A stretch of DNA of 64,000 bases, from positions 37,820,001 to 37,884,000 of the forward strand of contig OZ004608.1 of NCBI GenBank assembly GCA_963924565.1. The letters run 5' to 3'. The translations under genes were made by a program, and so were the position numbers. Shown here piece by piece: positions 12,857 to 25,150 of this stretch (positions are counted from its first letter, which is position 1; every line of letters begins with the position of its first letter). The notes under the pieces are model-generated. The model was not told the origin of the DNA, searched no databases, and saw nothing but the letters and a program-made list of their open reading frames with translations. The stretch comes from Ascidiella aspersa. Taxonomy: Eukaryota.

Positions 12857-15800
12857 TTAATAGTCAAACGAATTAGAAAGAAGTAGAATTAGATTCCAGT
12901 AGTTTGAAAGGTCGCTACTCTCAGCAATAAACCTCCATTCCTTCTTCTCAAAGTTGTATGAATACACTTTCACCATCTGACGACTGCGCGAAAAGATAAA
13001 AATGTTGATAAAAAGGGAAAAGAAGAAGAAACGTCAAAAAATATGAACGAACACAAGATGTCACTGTCGCGCTAATAATAACAATCACTCTATCCCTGAT
13101 TTATTCTGAGGCCCAACCTGTCTATACACAACTCCAATAAACTTCCGAGTTATGTCTAAAGGTAGTGACTTTTTAATTAAATGTAGCGGTTATGGTCAAC
13201 TATTGCAGTGATAATTCAAGCTCGTAAATTATCTGTTATGTCGAATATTTTTGACAATAAAATGAGAGGTATATTTTCGGGATTAATGGTCAACGAAATT
13301 AATAGCCTTACTTAAATTAATTTTTCGGACATTTTGTGCGAATTAAGTTATCATCTGGGTCTTAATTATTGATTGACTGCAGTTAATATTCAGTTATATT
13401 TTCAAAGAGAACAATAAGACTCCATAAAGCTCATTTGAAAGCTTAGAGTGCAAAAACAAAACACAGAGTAAGAAATTAGTACATAACAAATTTTTCCGAC
13501 CCTATAGTAATTGAAACGCACCGTTTAGCAATTACTCTTTATAAATAAGTAGTTTACGTATTAATATTGCCTGAAGTACTAAAATATCACTAGAGTAAAC
13601 CACTCAATATAACAACTTGAAATGTCACAAAAAATATAGTTGACCCTCCTTGGAAAAACATATATGGCAATAAATACAACAACGCCTTGTCTTTCACACT
13701 GCTTCGTAATATGTTTTACCACTTGAAATTGTGCGTATAGGTTACACTAATTCAGCGGTTCTCAACCAGTGGGCCATGGCTCACTAGTGGGCCATGGGAA
13801 CATTTTGAGTGGGTCACAGACCAATGTTATAAAGCTAGATGTAAAGAAGATTTGCGTCACTAGACTTGACCGAAACGGTCCCCCAAATTTCTCCAGCGGT
13901 TTCCAAAATTTTGGACTTGCAACTTTTTGGTATTTAAATGAAACACTTGCGGTCTCTTAAAACTACTTAGCGGTAACCCAAACCAAACCTTAAAAAAAAC
14001 CTGACAACATGCATCACTTTGTTTCACTTTTTACGCTAGATTAGATTAAATTAAAAAACAGAAATATTACAAAATAATCACGAAGTTTCTGACCTTTCAT
14101 ATGAAACCACAAACTCCCCATGAGCTATGCAAGCGTCACGGAATTCATCTACGTCATCTTTTGTAGTGACGTAAATCGAATTACCGCTCTTCGGTTCGTA
14201 CTTTCTCAAGGTCAACCTGGTGACCTCTGCAAAGTAAAAAAGGTAAATATTGGAAAACAAGCAAACTAATTTTTTACAAAGATAGGCAAGCAAACAATGG
14301 AGTTTATTTTAATAATATTGTAATTGTTGGCGCGCAAGGGGTAATAAGCCCAACCCCAAGACAAAGCCAGTCATGATGATAGGCATAAACAAGTTCATAA
14401 GACCTCTGGAAAGTAAAATATGTTTTACAAAACAATTTACATTTTTAAAAAGATACGTATAAGCGGAAAGAAATAGAGTATTATTCAAATAATATTGTGA
14501 TTACAAACGTTTTGTGTTTCTGCTTGTTGTGTAATTGAAATACTATAAGCATTTTTTTACGCTTTAATGTTGTACAACTTGTTTAAGAAATTAGGAAATC
14601 TAAACGGAGTATGACCTAATACTAATGATGTATTAAACATAACGAGTTTTGCCGTCGAGGGTAATAAATACAGAAAAATTAAACTCACCCTTACAAACCA
14701 CGTACAACTGATCCTCCATTGCCACAAGCTTAATACAACCTTTTGGCAGTTTGCGTATCAATGTTGATGTTTCAGTAACTGGGCCGTATTTTTCATGTTA
14801 GGTTGTCATAATCCAGAGCGTATAACATGTCTGAAAATGAGTTGAATATGATAAGGGCAGAATTTAAAAGACTCCAATAGTATCGCCACTTTTCCCAAAC
14901 AAACTCTGGCCATTGGCAGACCTTGTTTCGATTGGTATACCTTGTTACTCTGCCGTTCCACATTTTAAGGTTGCTTAAAGGTACAAACATGCAAAATGGT
15001 TAATTTTCATTGAGGGAAAACGAACTCACACAATAAACCTTTGACAAGCTTTGCTTGTATCGTGCAAATCGATTAAATTTGCGTTTAGTCGGTTAAAATA
15101 ATTGAAATCGGGGAAAACGAGGATTCTAGATTTTGCTAGTTTTCAGTAGAAGTCGTTGATCGAGAAAAGCAAATAGGCTACTAACACTTGTCCGATAAAT
15201 ACCAAAAACAACTTCAAATAATCTACCTTTACAGGCGACAAGGTCAAGGGAGGTATTTCTACAATCTTTCATTATTGTCCATTCACTTCCCTCTTCGTCA
15301 AGTTTGAGTTTTATGGGTGTCGCCCAGGTCCTACTCCCATCATCTTCTGCATAACCACCGAACACAAATAACTCTGCTTCTGCAGGGAAAACATTTAGTC
15401 AATACATTTATGTAAAGTGCGAATATCTAGATAAATCATTGTCTCTTGCTATACGTTAAAAATAAATATTTGCAGTTTGTGTATTAAGCCTCTGGTTGCA
15501 TTATAGAACCTGGATTTGAAGAACTTTCCACAGGGTGCGACATTTTTTTGTGCTGTGCGTTTTTGTGTATCGCTCCCATTAAGTGAATACTGGTTTCGTA
15601 GTGGAATCAGAAATGTTAGAAATTTAATTGAACATGCTCGTTAGTATTGCAAATATAAGCCTGACAAAATAACTGAGCAATAAACAGAAGTAATTTAAAT
15701 ATGCAATATAACTGTAGTCGGCAGATTAAACTAAAGTCTCTCATAAGTCACATAGGCAATTTACGCTTTGCGGACCGCTGGTTGCACACCTCTGTGTTTA

Positions 15801-16262
15801 ACATATACACAGTGCTCATTCGCTTACATATCTAGTATATAAGTTTCGAAGTAAACACACTAATCTGTTTTTATAATTATATTGATTCATAATTTTACTT
15901 TAATTTCCTTGTTTTAATCTAAGAAAAGTGATGGTCATTGTTACCGTTAAGAACAGCCACTCCAGCATTTCGTCGTTTATCATAAATGGAAAGTTGTTTC
16001 TCCCAACCCTTATTTGGTGATCTTACATCCAGTCTGAACACTGAGTCAGTTCTGTTTTCCTCATCGCTAGAACCACCGATCATATATAAGTAGTTCTTGT
16101 ACATTGCAAAGCCGGCTTGTCTTCGTGGTTCGTTTAATATCTACAAAGCATTGAAACATAATCTGGAAAAGTAAAATAAACCTGCAAGTTTTAACTTATA
16201 GCAATTTCTTTTTCAACTTTTGCATTTACGTCCAACATTTTTAGGATGGTTGAATTTTCATT
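12857..16262 (-). pseudogene. Kelch-like copy C, 5'-truncated pseudogene (exon 7 partial to exon 12)
   Basis: Exons 16262-16200 (partial; donor reads ATAAGT instead of GTAAGT), 16140-15945, 15379-15227, 14830-14689 (142 nt vs 144; 2-nt deletion gives TGA after DNLT), 14226-14094, 12983-12857. No BTB/BACK exons; abuts the 3' UTR of copy D. Confidence 0.88.
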
Positions 16263-17911
16263 GATGGCCAATGTATGTACAAATGGTTTATAAATACAAG
16301 GTGTTCAATGTATGTCACTTAATAATCGAATGGATTCGATTAAAACGGAATTAGATTCCAGTAGTTTGAAAGGTCGTCACTCTCAGCAATAAACCTCCAT
16401 TTCTTCTTCCTAAAGTTGTATGAATACACTTTCACCATCTGGTGACTGCGAAAAAAATGAAAATATTTTGTGAAAATAAAAAACTCAACAACAAAAACGT
16501 CACAGTTCTACGATCGATGGCACTGTTGAGATAATAAAAACCCTAACTCTTTCCCTGATTTAATGTAATCTTAGCTTATCTATAGTTGCATTTGTACCCG
16601 GTATATTTACTTATGGTTGTGGTGTGAAGAAAATGAAGCGGTGATGACAATTTAATACAGCGGTTATTCAGCTGTTTGATATTAATTTGACTTTTAGGGG
16701 ATTAATATTGTAAGAGATGCTAAATTGAAGCGTAAATAACAAAAAAGATGCAACAGTCTGGTATTTGTTAATGTATAATATAAATTTGTATTTATTTATT
16801 AGTTTTGCAGTAGTGAGCTAAATTATTAATTAATGAAGATATAGCTATTTACTTACAAATGAGTATTTCCTGAAAATGAGAGGATCCAATCATTTGCAGG
16901 AATAACAATAATAAACCGTAACTTGCCAAACTTGAAATTATCCTTCATAATTTTCTATATTTATGTGCAATTAGCAACCTAATGACCGAATCGCACCACA
17001 TAGTATTTCACTAAATAAGCATCAATATTACCTTCCAAATAATAAAGTTTCTCAAAACAACCTAAACATCGCAGAAAAAAATAATAACAAGTTTCTCACT
17101 TTTTAAATGAAACCACAAACTCCCCATGAGCTATGCAAGCGTCACGGAATTCCAATACGTCATCTTTTTTAGTGACGTCACTCGAATAACCGCTCTCTGG
17201 TTCGTACTTCTTCAAGGTCAACTTGGTGACATCTACAAAAAAAAAGGGTAAAACGTAAAGCAAACCGAACTATAGTATTTTCAACGCAAATACGTAAATA
17301 TTTCAGCATTTAAACAGTAGAGTGCTTACAAAGGTAATTGTTTATAACTTAAACTACTTTAAATCGGTGTTTCTTAATCAGGTGAATAGTTCACCTCAGG
17401 GTGAATAAATTTTTTGCAGGGGTGAACCAATCAAAAGGGGTAAATAAGGGTGAACCGTTTGCAAGCAGTGCGGATATTCCGGGTGTTTAACCTGTTTCAG
17501 TATATATAGACGAGATAGTTTTATCATATAATGAGACAAGGGTGAATGAAATGTGGAGATAGATGCTAGGGGTGAACAAAACTAAAAAAGTTTAAGAAAC
17601 ACTGCTTTAAGATATTACAAAAAAACTTACTTTTGCAAACAATGTACATCTGATCGTCCATTGCCACCACTTTTACACACTCCACCGGCAAGTGTTCAAG
17701 CACTTTAGTTATGTTTGTAGCGAGATCGTACTTTTCCATAGTGTGGTTACAACATGCAACTGCATATATTTGGTCTGTAAAAAAACACTGTTTTATATAA
17801 ACACTGTTTAAACCAAGTGAACAAATGATGTGGATTGCTGATTAGTAATTATAGTGACCAGTTACCAAACCACAATATATTTGTCCATATTTTTACATTA
17901 TGCACTAGCAT

Positions 17912-19160
17912 CAGTGACGTGCGGTGAGGTTCCTAGATGGTGAGGCATTATTTTTTTCAAGCCACGCTTTTCTTTAACAATTACAAAAACTGTATCGTAC
18001 TAATAAAAATAAAAAAAATAGCGGCATGCTTTCACGTTTATTAGAAAAATGAAAACAAGAAACAAGAAAAATAGAAAAGGCGATTTTTTAAAGCACAGCC
18101 ACCGGTAGCGTAGACAGCTCAAAATTTAGGGAGGTGGGGTCTGGGCAAAATGTTTAAACTTTTTTTGTATAGCTTTTGCCATTGTATGAACTGCCGTATC
18201 GAACACAAATAAATATGCTAGCAAACCGTTTCGAGCAGCAACTTACTAAGTTTTAGCGCAATACTTAAAAATCATTCAGAGAGCAAAAACAAAATGACTA
18301 AAAAGTAGTAAAACTACGTCAATAAGTATAGTGAATTTAATAATAACTAAATCGTTTATGACGTAACAGTGAATGACAATTGAAGGTGTGGCATGCCTCT
18401 AATCAACTTTTGTGGTACTGCTCATAAATGCTACAAAACAAATTATCAAGAGTAAAATATTTATAAATTTTTAGGGGTTATGGCCTCTGTGGCCCCTTGG
18501 CTAAGCCTATGACAGTCACACGACCACATCTTTTTTACCAATCTCTTTGAAAGTTGCGTGTTATTTTTTTGTCCAGTCGTCTGATGCAAACCTGTTAAAT
18601 GGGAAACAGATTTGCCTTTATTTTTTTTTGACTTTAACTTTAGATTGAAAGTGTAAATGTTCCTCCATTTTAGTTAAATTTTATAAAAAAAAAACAATCC
18701 TTTACACTGCAAGAAGTCAATGTATGGGCATTCAAGCTGGATGACGAAAGGTTTCATAGCTGGGACGTCACAATTGAGGCATGCCTCAAATCATAGCTAA
18801 ACCGTTCATCATGTTTTCCGAGAGAATTGGGAAAGAAAAAGGCACGCATAATGCAGTGTATGTAAGTTTTGTGATCTGAAGAGAGGCACGACTTGGCGCT
18901 GCCTCTCTTCGCGTATTCAATAATTTTGACCGCCTGAACGCCTGATATGAATAACGCAACAGAAATTTGAAAAAATAAAGTACGCTCTAGGTATAGAAAC
19001 GTAAAATTTGCGGGAGAGGGAGTATGGACTACAGGAATTCATACAAATTAAAGCACCCAAAAACATGCAATGTGTACTATACTTCTAATATATATTCAGT
19101 GATAACCATCTCTTTAATATACGTTTTTCTTTGCCAGATGTTGGCAGGTGAGGCACTGCC
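17912..19160. mobile_element. Composite non-autonomous DNA transposon insertion(s) in intron 9 of copy D
   Basis: Starts CAGTGACGTGCGGTGAGG..GGTGAGGCA and ends ..GGTGAGGCACTGCC; internal nested piece ~18100-18511; flanked by a duplicated ~70 bp stretch (17800-17870 vs 19212-19282). Confidence 0.5.
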
Positions 19161-19582
19161 TTTACAACATGCAATATCATATGGTTGTTCTCCAATTGTA
19201 GAAAATTACAAGCAATTAATTAATAGAATATAAACACCGTTTTAACCAGGTGAACAAATGATATGGATTGCTGTTTAGTAAGTGCGGTAACGGGTTAACA
19301 AACCTCGTGAGTGTATTCAGAAATTTTCAACAGACAACTTCTTATTGATTTTTCTCACAAAATTACCATCAATTGCTGCATTGTAACACATGTGTGTAGC
19401 AGTCGTGCATAAATACCTGCACAAGTAACAAGATCGTAGGAAATTTTCGTACAATATGTCATCCCTTCCCATTTAGCACTTGGACTATCAAGCTTGATTC
19501 TTTGAGGTAGGAGCCAATATTTTTCAAGCTCTGCATCTCCTCCAAACACGAAAAGATCGTCTAAATCAAATTAAACACATCT

Positions 19583-19791
19583 CCGGAAGCCATCGCAGAA
19601 TCAACAAATCTCACGATTAATGATGCAAGCAAGGCAGGCTAGAAAAAAAACTAGTTTGTAGTGAGGTTCGAACTCACGACCTCCGGTCATACCGGGCCCG
19701 TCGCTCTACCTACTGAGTTAAACAGGTTCAGAGGAGAGCAAGTCAAGAAACCACTATGTCCCAGATTCGCTAAGTCTGCGATGGCATTCGG
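19583..19791 (-). mobile_element. tRNA-derived (Pol III) short element bounded by ~29-bp imperfect inverted repeats
   Basis: Minus strand 19728-19653: AACCTGTTTAACTCAGTAGGTAGAGCG...GGTCGTGAGTTCGAACCTCAC with A- and B-box-like motifs, followed by a T8 run. Ends CCGGAAGCCATCGCAGAATCAACAAATCT vs reverse complement CCGAATGCCATCGCAGACTTAGCGAATCT. Confidence 0.75.
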
Positions 19792-22700
19792 TGTACTGAT
19801 GATGCGTTAGCCGTAATCGTTAGTCAAAAATCAGCTTCAGAAGGGCTAGATCACTGTTGTTGAACACTTATGTGTGTATCTTTCATTTTACATCTGTAAT
19901 CATCTGTCCTATTTTACAAGCGAATGGGATAACGATTTAAGTTATATACAAATAATCAAATAAAATTAATTTTGAATGACTTTTCATGAAATAACAAATA
20001 TTGTTGTTTAAAAGTATGTACTGATCAATCGTTAGCATTACATACAGACCTTGTTATAGGTTTAACATTTTATATATCATTTCAAATGATATTTCTAACA
20101 GTGGCTGACTTACGTGTTTTATAAACAACTCCAGTGAGTTTAAAATTAAAGTAGTTTCTACAGTTTACCATGTAACACGGCAACTCCAGCATTCCGACGC
20201 TTCGATCCCAAATCAGGTAATTTCTCCCATTCGTCGCTCAGAAAGCGCAAATCGAATCTGAGAAAAGTTTCGAGTATGTTGTCTTTCTCTCCGACATAAC
20301 CACAAATCATGTACAAGAAGTTCTTGTAAGTATCGGTTCCTTGCGTTGCTTCAAACAGTAGAAATAATATCATTAGGAAAAGCAAGAGATAGTAAAGTGT
20401 TGTCGTTTTACCAATATGACTTTTTGGTTTGTCGAAATCAAATCTAAAATTTAAAAAGTTGTTGCGTTTCGGTTCGTGGTTAGAATGCTTTGTGTAGGTC
20501 CTTTGAAGTAAAGAATTTTTTTTTAATTACCCCGGTTAGCAAATGACTAAAACATATACTAAGTTAAAACCACTGATTCTTTTCTAAACACTTACTTGGA
20601 AGAATGAAATCTTTGATCAGTTCCGATTGAAGCTGTACGATTTGTCGTAGACAGTCAATAAAATCACTTAAAAGTTCCTTTAGAATATAATAATAATGTT
20701 GTATTTACGCCTAATCATGGTTCAATGTGAAAATGAAATTTTAATTTGTAATACAATTCCATTAAACAATGTTTTGAACGAGAATGATTATAATGTTTAA
20801 CAAATAAAAATACCCTCAACACATTGTTTACCTCTTTTGCGGCAAAACATACAATAAATTCTGGACGAAGCAATTTCAAATCAATCAGTTCAAAGAGTTG
20901 TGGAAACAAATGCTTCCTTTCTTCCAAATTATGTTTGACCCAAGCCACTGTGAATCTAAATGCTGTTTCTTCACCTCTTGCCTAAAATAAATGTAAATAG
21001 TGGGCGTTAGTTAATTTTGTTGGATAAATCTTGAAACAAATTTCTCCAAAATATTTACATCCTTTGATTTTGATCCTAAAAATTCCTCAAATGTCCTTCT
21101 ATCCATTGCATTAATAGCCTCAACATCAGTTAACAACGCAAAGTTATGTGTGATGAATTTTTGAGCAGTTTCTTTTAAAACTTTAATGTCGAGTTGTTTT
21201 CCACTTTTCCAACATTGTACGGCGTTGCTACAATCCAATGTTTCCAAAAGAAATGCGCAACAAAAATCAAGTATGCCTTTTCAAAAATAATACATATTAG
21301 TGAATGTTATCTATGGCATTTAAAAAACAATTCAAACCATTGGAATAGCCATTTCGACCAGATAGATCTGGTTTAGGTGCATATATCATAAACAAACTTC
21401 CTGAAAAAAGGGTTGTAACACTTACGTTTCTAACACTGCCTTTGCTGTGTCTTATTGTGACAAACCGAACAGTATTCTATCTTACTAATCGCCTTCTTGT
21501 GTTCGCTTCTACACTTTGCATTTACTTTCTACGAAATCCCTGGTCACCAAAATAGGCTTATCTGGTATTTTCCGTCACCGCAACTCTGCCACCTTCTGTT
21601 ATGGAGTAAACCAGGGATCGAAATATCAAACGCAGAAAGGTCTCGGCGGGCCATAAATAAATTTAACTGTCAATTATGCTGTTGATTGTTTGGCAATTGA
21701 CAATCAGTCAAATTACATTGAAGAAAGTAGCTGTAAAGCGTTCGTGTGCTGCCTTGTTTTGTTAAAAATTTGAGCCCACACGCGTCATCCATAATCATGA
21801 TAAAAGCGTGTGATATAAATCTTATAAGAAAATTGTTGAATTTATTCGTTAATGCACTTTATGATTTGAAGAATAGCGCCGTTAAAACATTTTAAAATTT
21901 AAAATACGCAACAAATCGTGCGAAGCGGAATAAAATGCATTGAAACTACCAAGTTGGGAAATGTTACTGTTGATAGCTTCATCGTGCGCATTGCGCTTTT
22001 ACGCTAAAAAGTGACCCTAAAAACGCACACAGAAGCATAATTATTAGCCCGAATGCATTTACGTAATTAAACAGCCAAACAAATTGAGGAATGGGCACGT
22101 GCCTACAGTTTGTAAAACAGGTGGCGGGTGGTGGGTTGCCGAACTCTGGAATAAACCAAACAAGCTAACATCTATTGCCCTACAGCGTCATTTATAAAAC
22201 ATTATCTCTGAGGAACTAAATTAGGTTTCAAACGAGTGTCTTTAAAAGAAAAAGCAATGCATTTAATAGAATTTTATTGACCAACCTTGAAGTAAAAAAT
22301 AGTTTGCTGCATTCAGTACATCTTCAACATTTTCACGGTTTATCGTAATTTTTCCAGTGTAGGCGAAATTCAATATTTGCTCAAATGTAGCGGAGTTTAC
22401 CGCAGACACTTCAATAACATCTTGGAACTTTTCCTGCATCTAAGTTTGGAAAAACAATGAGTTCAATATCTCTCAAATCCCTGCAAAATATATGGAGGAA
22501 TTTACCTTAGCGAAGAATAGCCTGTTGAAGTATTCTGACAAATTTGCAAGAATACTTTTGTGCGCGTAAAAATCCATTCCATCACATTTCAATCGAATGT
22601 CACAAGTTTCGTCGCCATTTTGCCTTTGTCTGGAAAGACAGCAGAAAACTTGCTTATTTTATACAAACTGTTACAATGTATTGGTTGTAGGGCTACTTAC

Positions 22701-24662
22701 ATGTTGAGCTTTTTCATTAGGTCGCTCACATGACCAGAATCAAAATCCCTTTATATTATGCTTTAGTTTTCAAAACTACTATTTCTAAAATTTTAAAGCT
22801 AATACGCACTTACTGCTGCTGTATGTTCTTTTTACCAGCTTAATAGCAGCCAAACTGGCAGCTAATTTAGTTCCTCTTTTAAAAACTCAATAGCGTTGTC
22901 AGAGCGTGACGTCACGAAATCGCACCTCCACATTTCCGTGCATCACTTCTCTTTACTATTTGTATCCAAAGCATCGTCATGTAAAGCAAAGCCGATCAAT
23001 CACCACGCACTTAATATGCCTTTTTATATATATTAGGTTTCTGTAATAATAATCAAAGGTGACACATATTTTTTACGGACGCTGTACGGATTCTTTGCTC
23101 TTTAGTTTAAATTCTATAATAGCAAAGCATGAACTATTGACCACATAGATTGATATATTGGTTGGAATAAATATTTGTAGTTAGTACCCGATGTTGGTCT
23201 TGAATCCCAAGCTGATAAACTACTTGACAGGTTTCTCATTTCAGGTGAACGCTTTCAACGCCCTTAAACAACATCTGCCTAATTATTTGACCAGGGCCTA
23301 TAATAACGTTCAAAATGCGACTGAATCAGTAATACGGTGTTGTAGGTTAGAGTCATTGCTGCATCGCTCTAGTTGCGTTGCTGTATGTTTGACCTGGGAA
23401 CACACAATAGGAACTATAACTCATGGCTCTAACCCTGTAAACACTTGTCCTTCTGGGAAGATGTTTCGACACGTAGGTTAAAAGTTTGACTTTTTTATGT
23501 ATTTATTTGTTGATGTTGTTTGGATTATTTCGATGAAGTCATTTTGTGTTACAAATTCTGCAAGTTTTGAGAGAAACAGATAATCATATTATAGCTGGCC
23601 TTGGGATAATCATATTATAGCTGGCTTCATATTATAGCTGGCCACTGTGAAAATAATAGTGGTCATATTGACAATGAAACGGTGCAATTACACTACTTTG
23701 GGAAAGTGTTATAAATTTAGTTCTTCATGTACTTCAGTGGTCGGCAATTGTGGGATGCAGAGTCATTTTTAGTGGGCGGCGGGTTATTTTTGAATAATAA
23801 TATTCACGACAGAATAAAATTCCAATAACAGCCTGCAAAATTGTACTTCGAATTCAGCAGGAGGTGTAAGATTTGAAATAGTCAACAGCGTCAGCTGGTT
23901 GCGTGTAAGGAGAACAGCACTTCTCCAATCCTTCGTTACCCACTCGTGTGCATTTTATCGCATTGTAAACACTTGTAACGCGCATATATTGTATGTTTAT
24001 AGCGACCAAAATGAAATGTTAGTATGAAATGCATAAGTGAGTCCGTGGTATTTACAGATTATTCTATCAACATTTAATTTGATGTAAGTTTCAAATAAAT
24101 CCTAAAGCTAAACGTAATGTACATAGTTTCGATTAAAATTTCCTTGGTGATCGTTTCATTAGATGTTAGTCCTAGTTGTTGTAATTGTTTTAACATTTGC
24201 AAAGCATTTATGTGATGGCATTCCACTTTTATATAAACATATTGATAGGAATTGCGAATAAGACTAAATGTTTGACAAGTGCTCACTGATGAATAATTGG
24301 AAAATGCAAATAACCCAAAACTTCGTTAAGAAATCAAAATAAAAAATATTCCGAAATAAGGTGAGAAAAACTAGATGGAAACGCATTCGTAGAAACGCAC
24401 GATATCACTAGATTACATAACACGATTGCTTCTTGAAAACAATATTTAGGTTAAAGTAAAGTATATGACAACTCAATACTATGACCTTAACATTCCTTTT
24501 TGAAAATAAAAATACCTTGTTTTAAACATTCTAGACGTCGAATTAATCCTATTGAACTAGGTTTTAGAAATAGTTAAGAACAAAATTGTAAACACGTTTG
24601 TTAGTTTTGCTTTTATAAAGCATATCTACTTTCGTATGCATTACAGTGTGGCTATATACAAA

Positions 24663-25028
24663 CAGGGATGCAGTGTCGGAGTCAGACTCGGGAGTCGGCA
24701 GAGTCGGTTTGTTTCACTCGAGTCCAACTCGGGAATCGAGTAAGACTACCCAAGTCCCTAAGTGCGCATGCGCAGTGCAGAATTTCGAAACTACTAGGGC
24801 CGCAAACTGTAAATTTTAAGGTGGAGTAGCACATTAAACTTTACCATTCTTATATTTAGGGTGGAATATAGGTACCACCCTTACGAGTGGATTGCTGAAT
24901 ATCCACATTATTTTGGTTACGTAAAGTAGTTAAATACAGGATATAGTCGGAGCCGGACTCGGGACTCGGGTTAATTTTTTGGTCGGAGTCCGACTCGGGT
25001 TATTTGCATCGATCCCGCAGCCGCCTTG
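24663..25028. mobile_element. GGAGTCGG/GACTCGG-rich MITE-like element downstream of the Kelch genes (relatives at ~3230-3465, ~12420-12745, ~34980-35145)
   Basis: Repeated GACTCGGGACTCG / GGAGTCGG motifs; starts CAGGGATGCAG and ends CGCAGCCGCCTTG; lies just 3' of the last exon in copies B, C, E and F. Confidence 0.55.
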
Positions 25029-25150
25029 TTTACAACAAAGATACAATAACGCTATATACATTATAAAAAATACAAAATGCAAAAGCAAAACATATTTAAG
25101 TGATTTATATATACAAATGGTTCATAGAAGGCGTTCTATGTATAGATCAC

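Larger units (their letters stand above)
16319..22756 (-). pseudogene. Kelch-like copy D (divergent subtype, paralogue of A), full length but disabled
   Basis: 12 exons traceable: 22756-22701, 22629-22506, 22439-22286, 21276-21059, 20981-20832, 20677-20596, 20500-20412, 20348-20169, 19560-19417, 17774-17631, 17232-17100, 16445-16319. Lesions: start ATG GAA changed to ATA TAA (22756-22751), in-frame TAA in exon 7 (20453-20451), frameshifting deletion at the start of exon 8, and an early TAA near the end of exon 12. Confidence 0.87.

Noticed and set aside
19653-19728. Functional tRNA gene
   Set aside because: The acceptor stem does not pair, the anticodon arm is oversized, and it is embedded in an IR-bounded repeat; treated as a tRNA-derived element.
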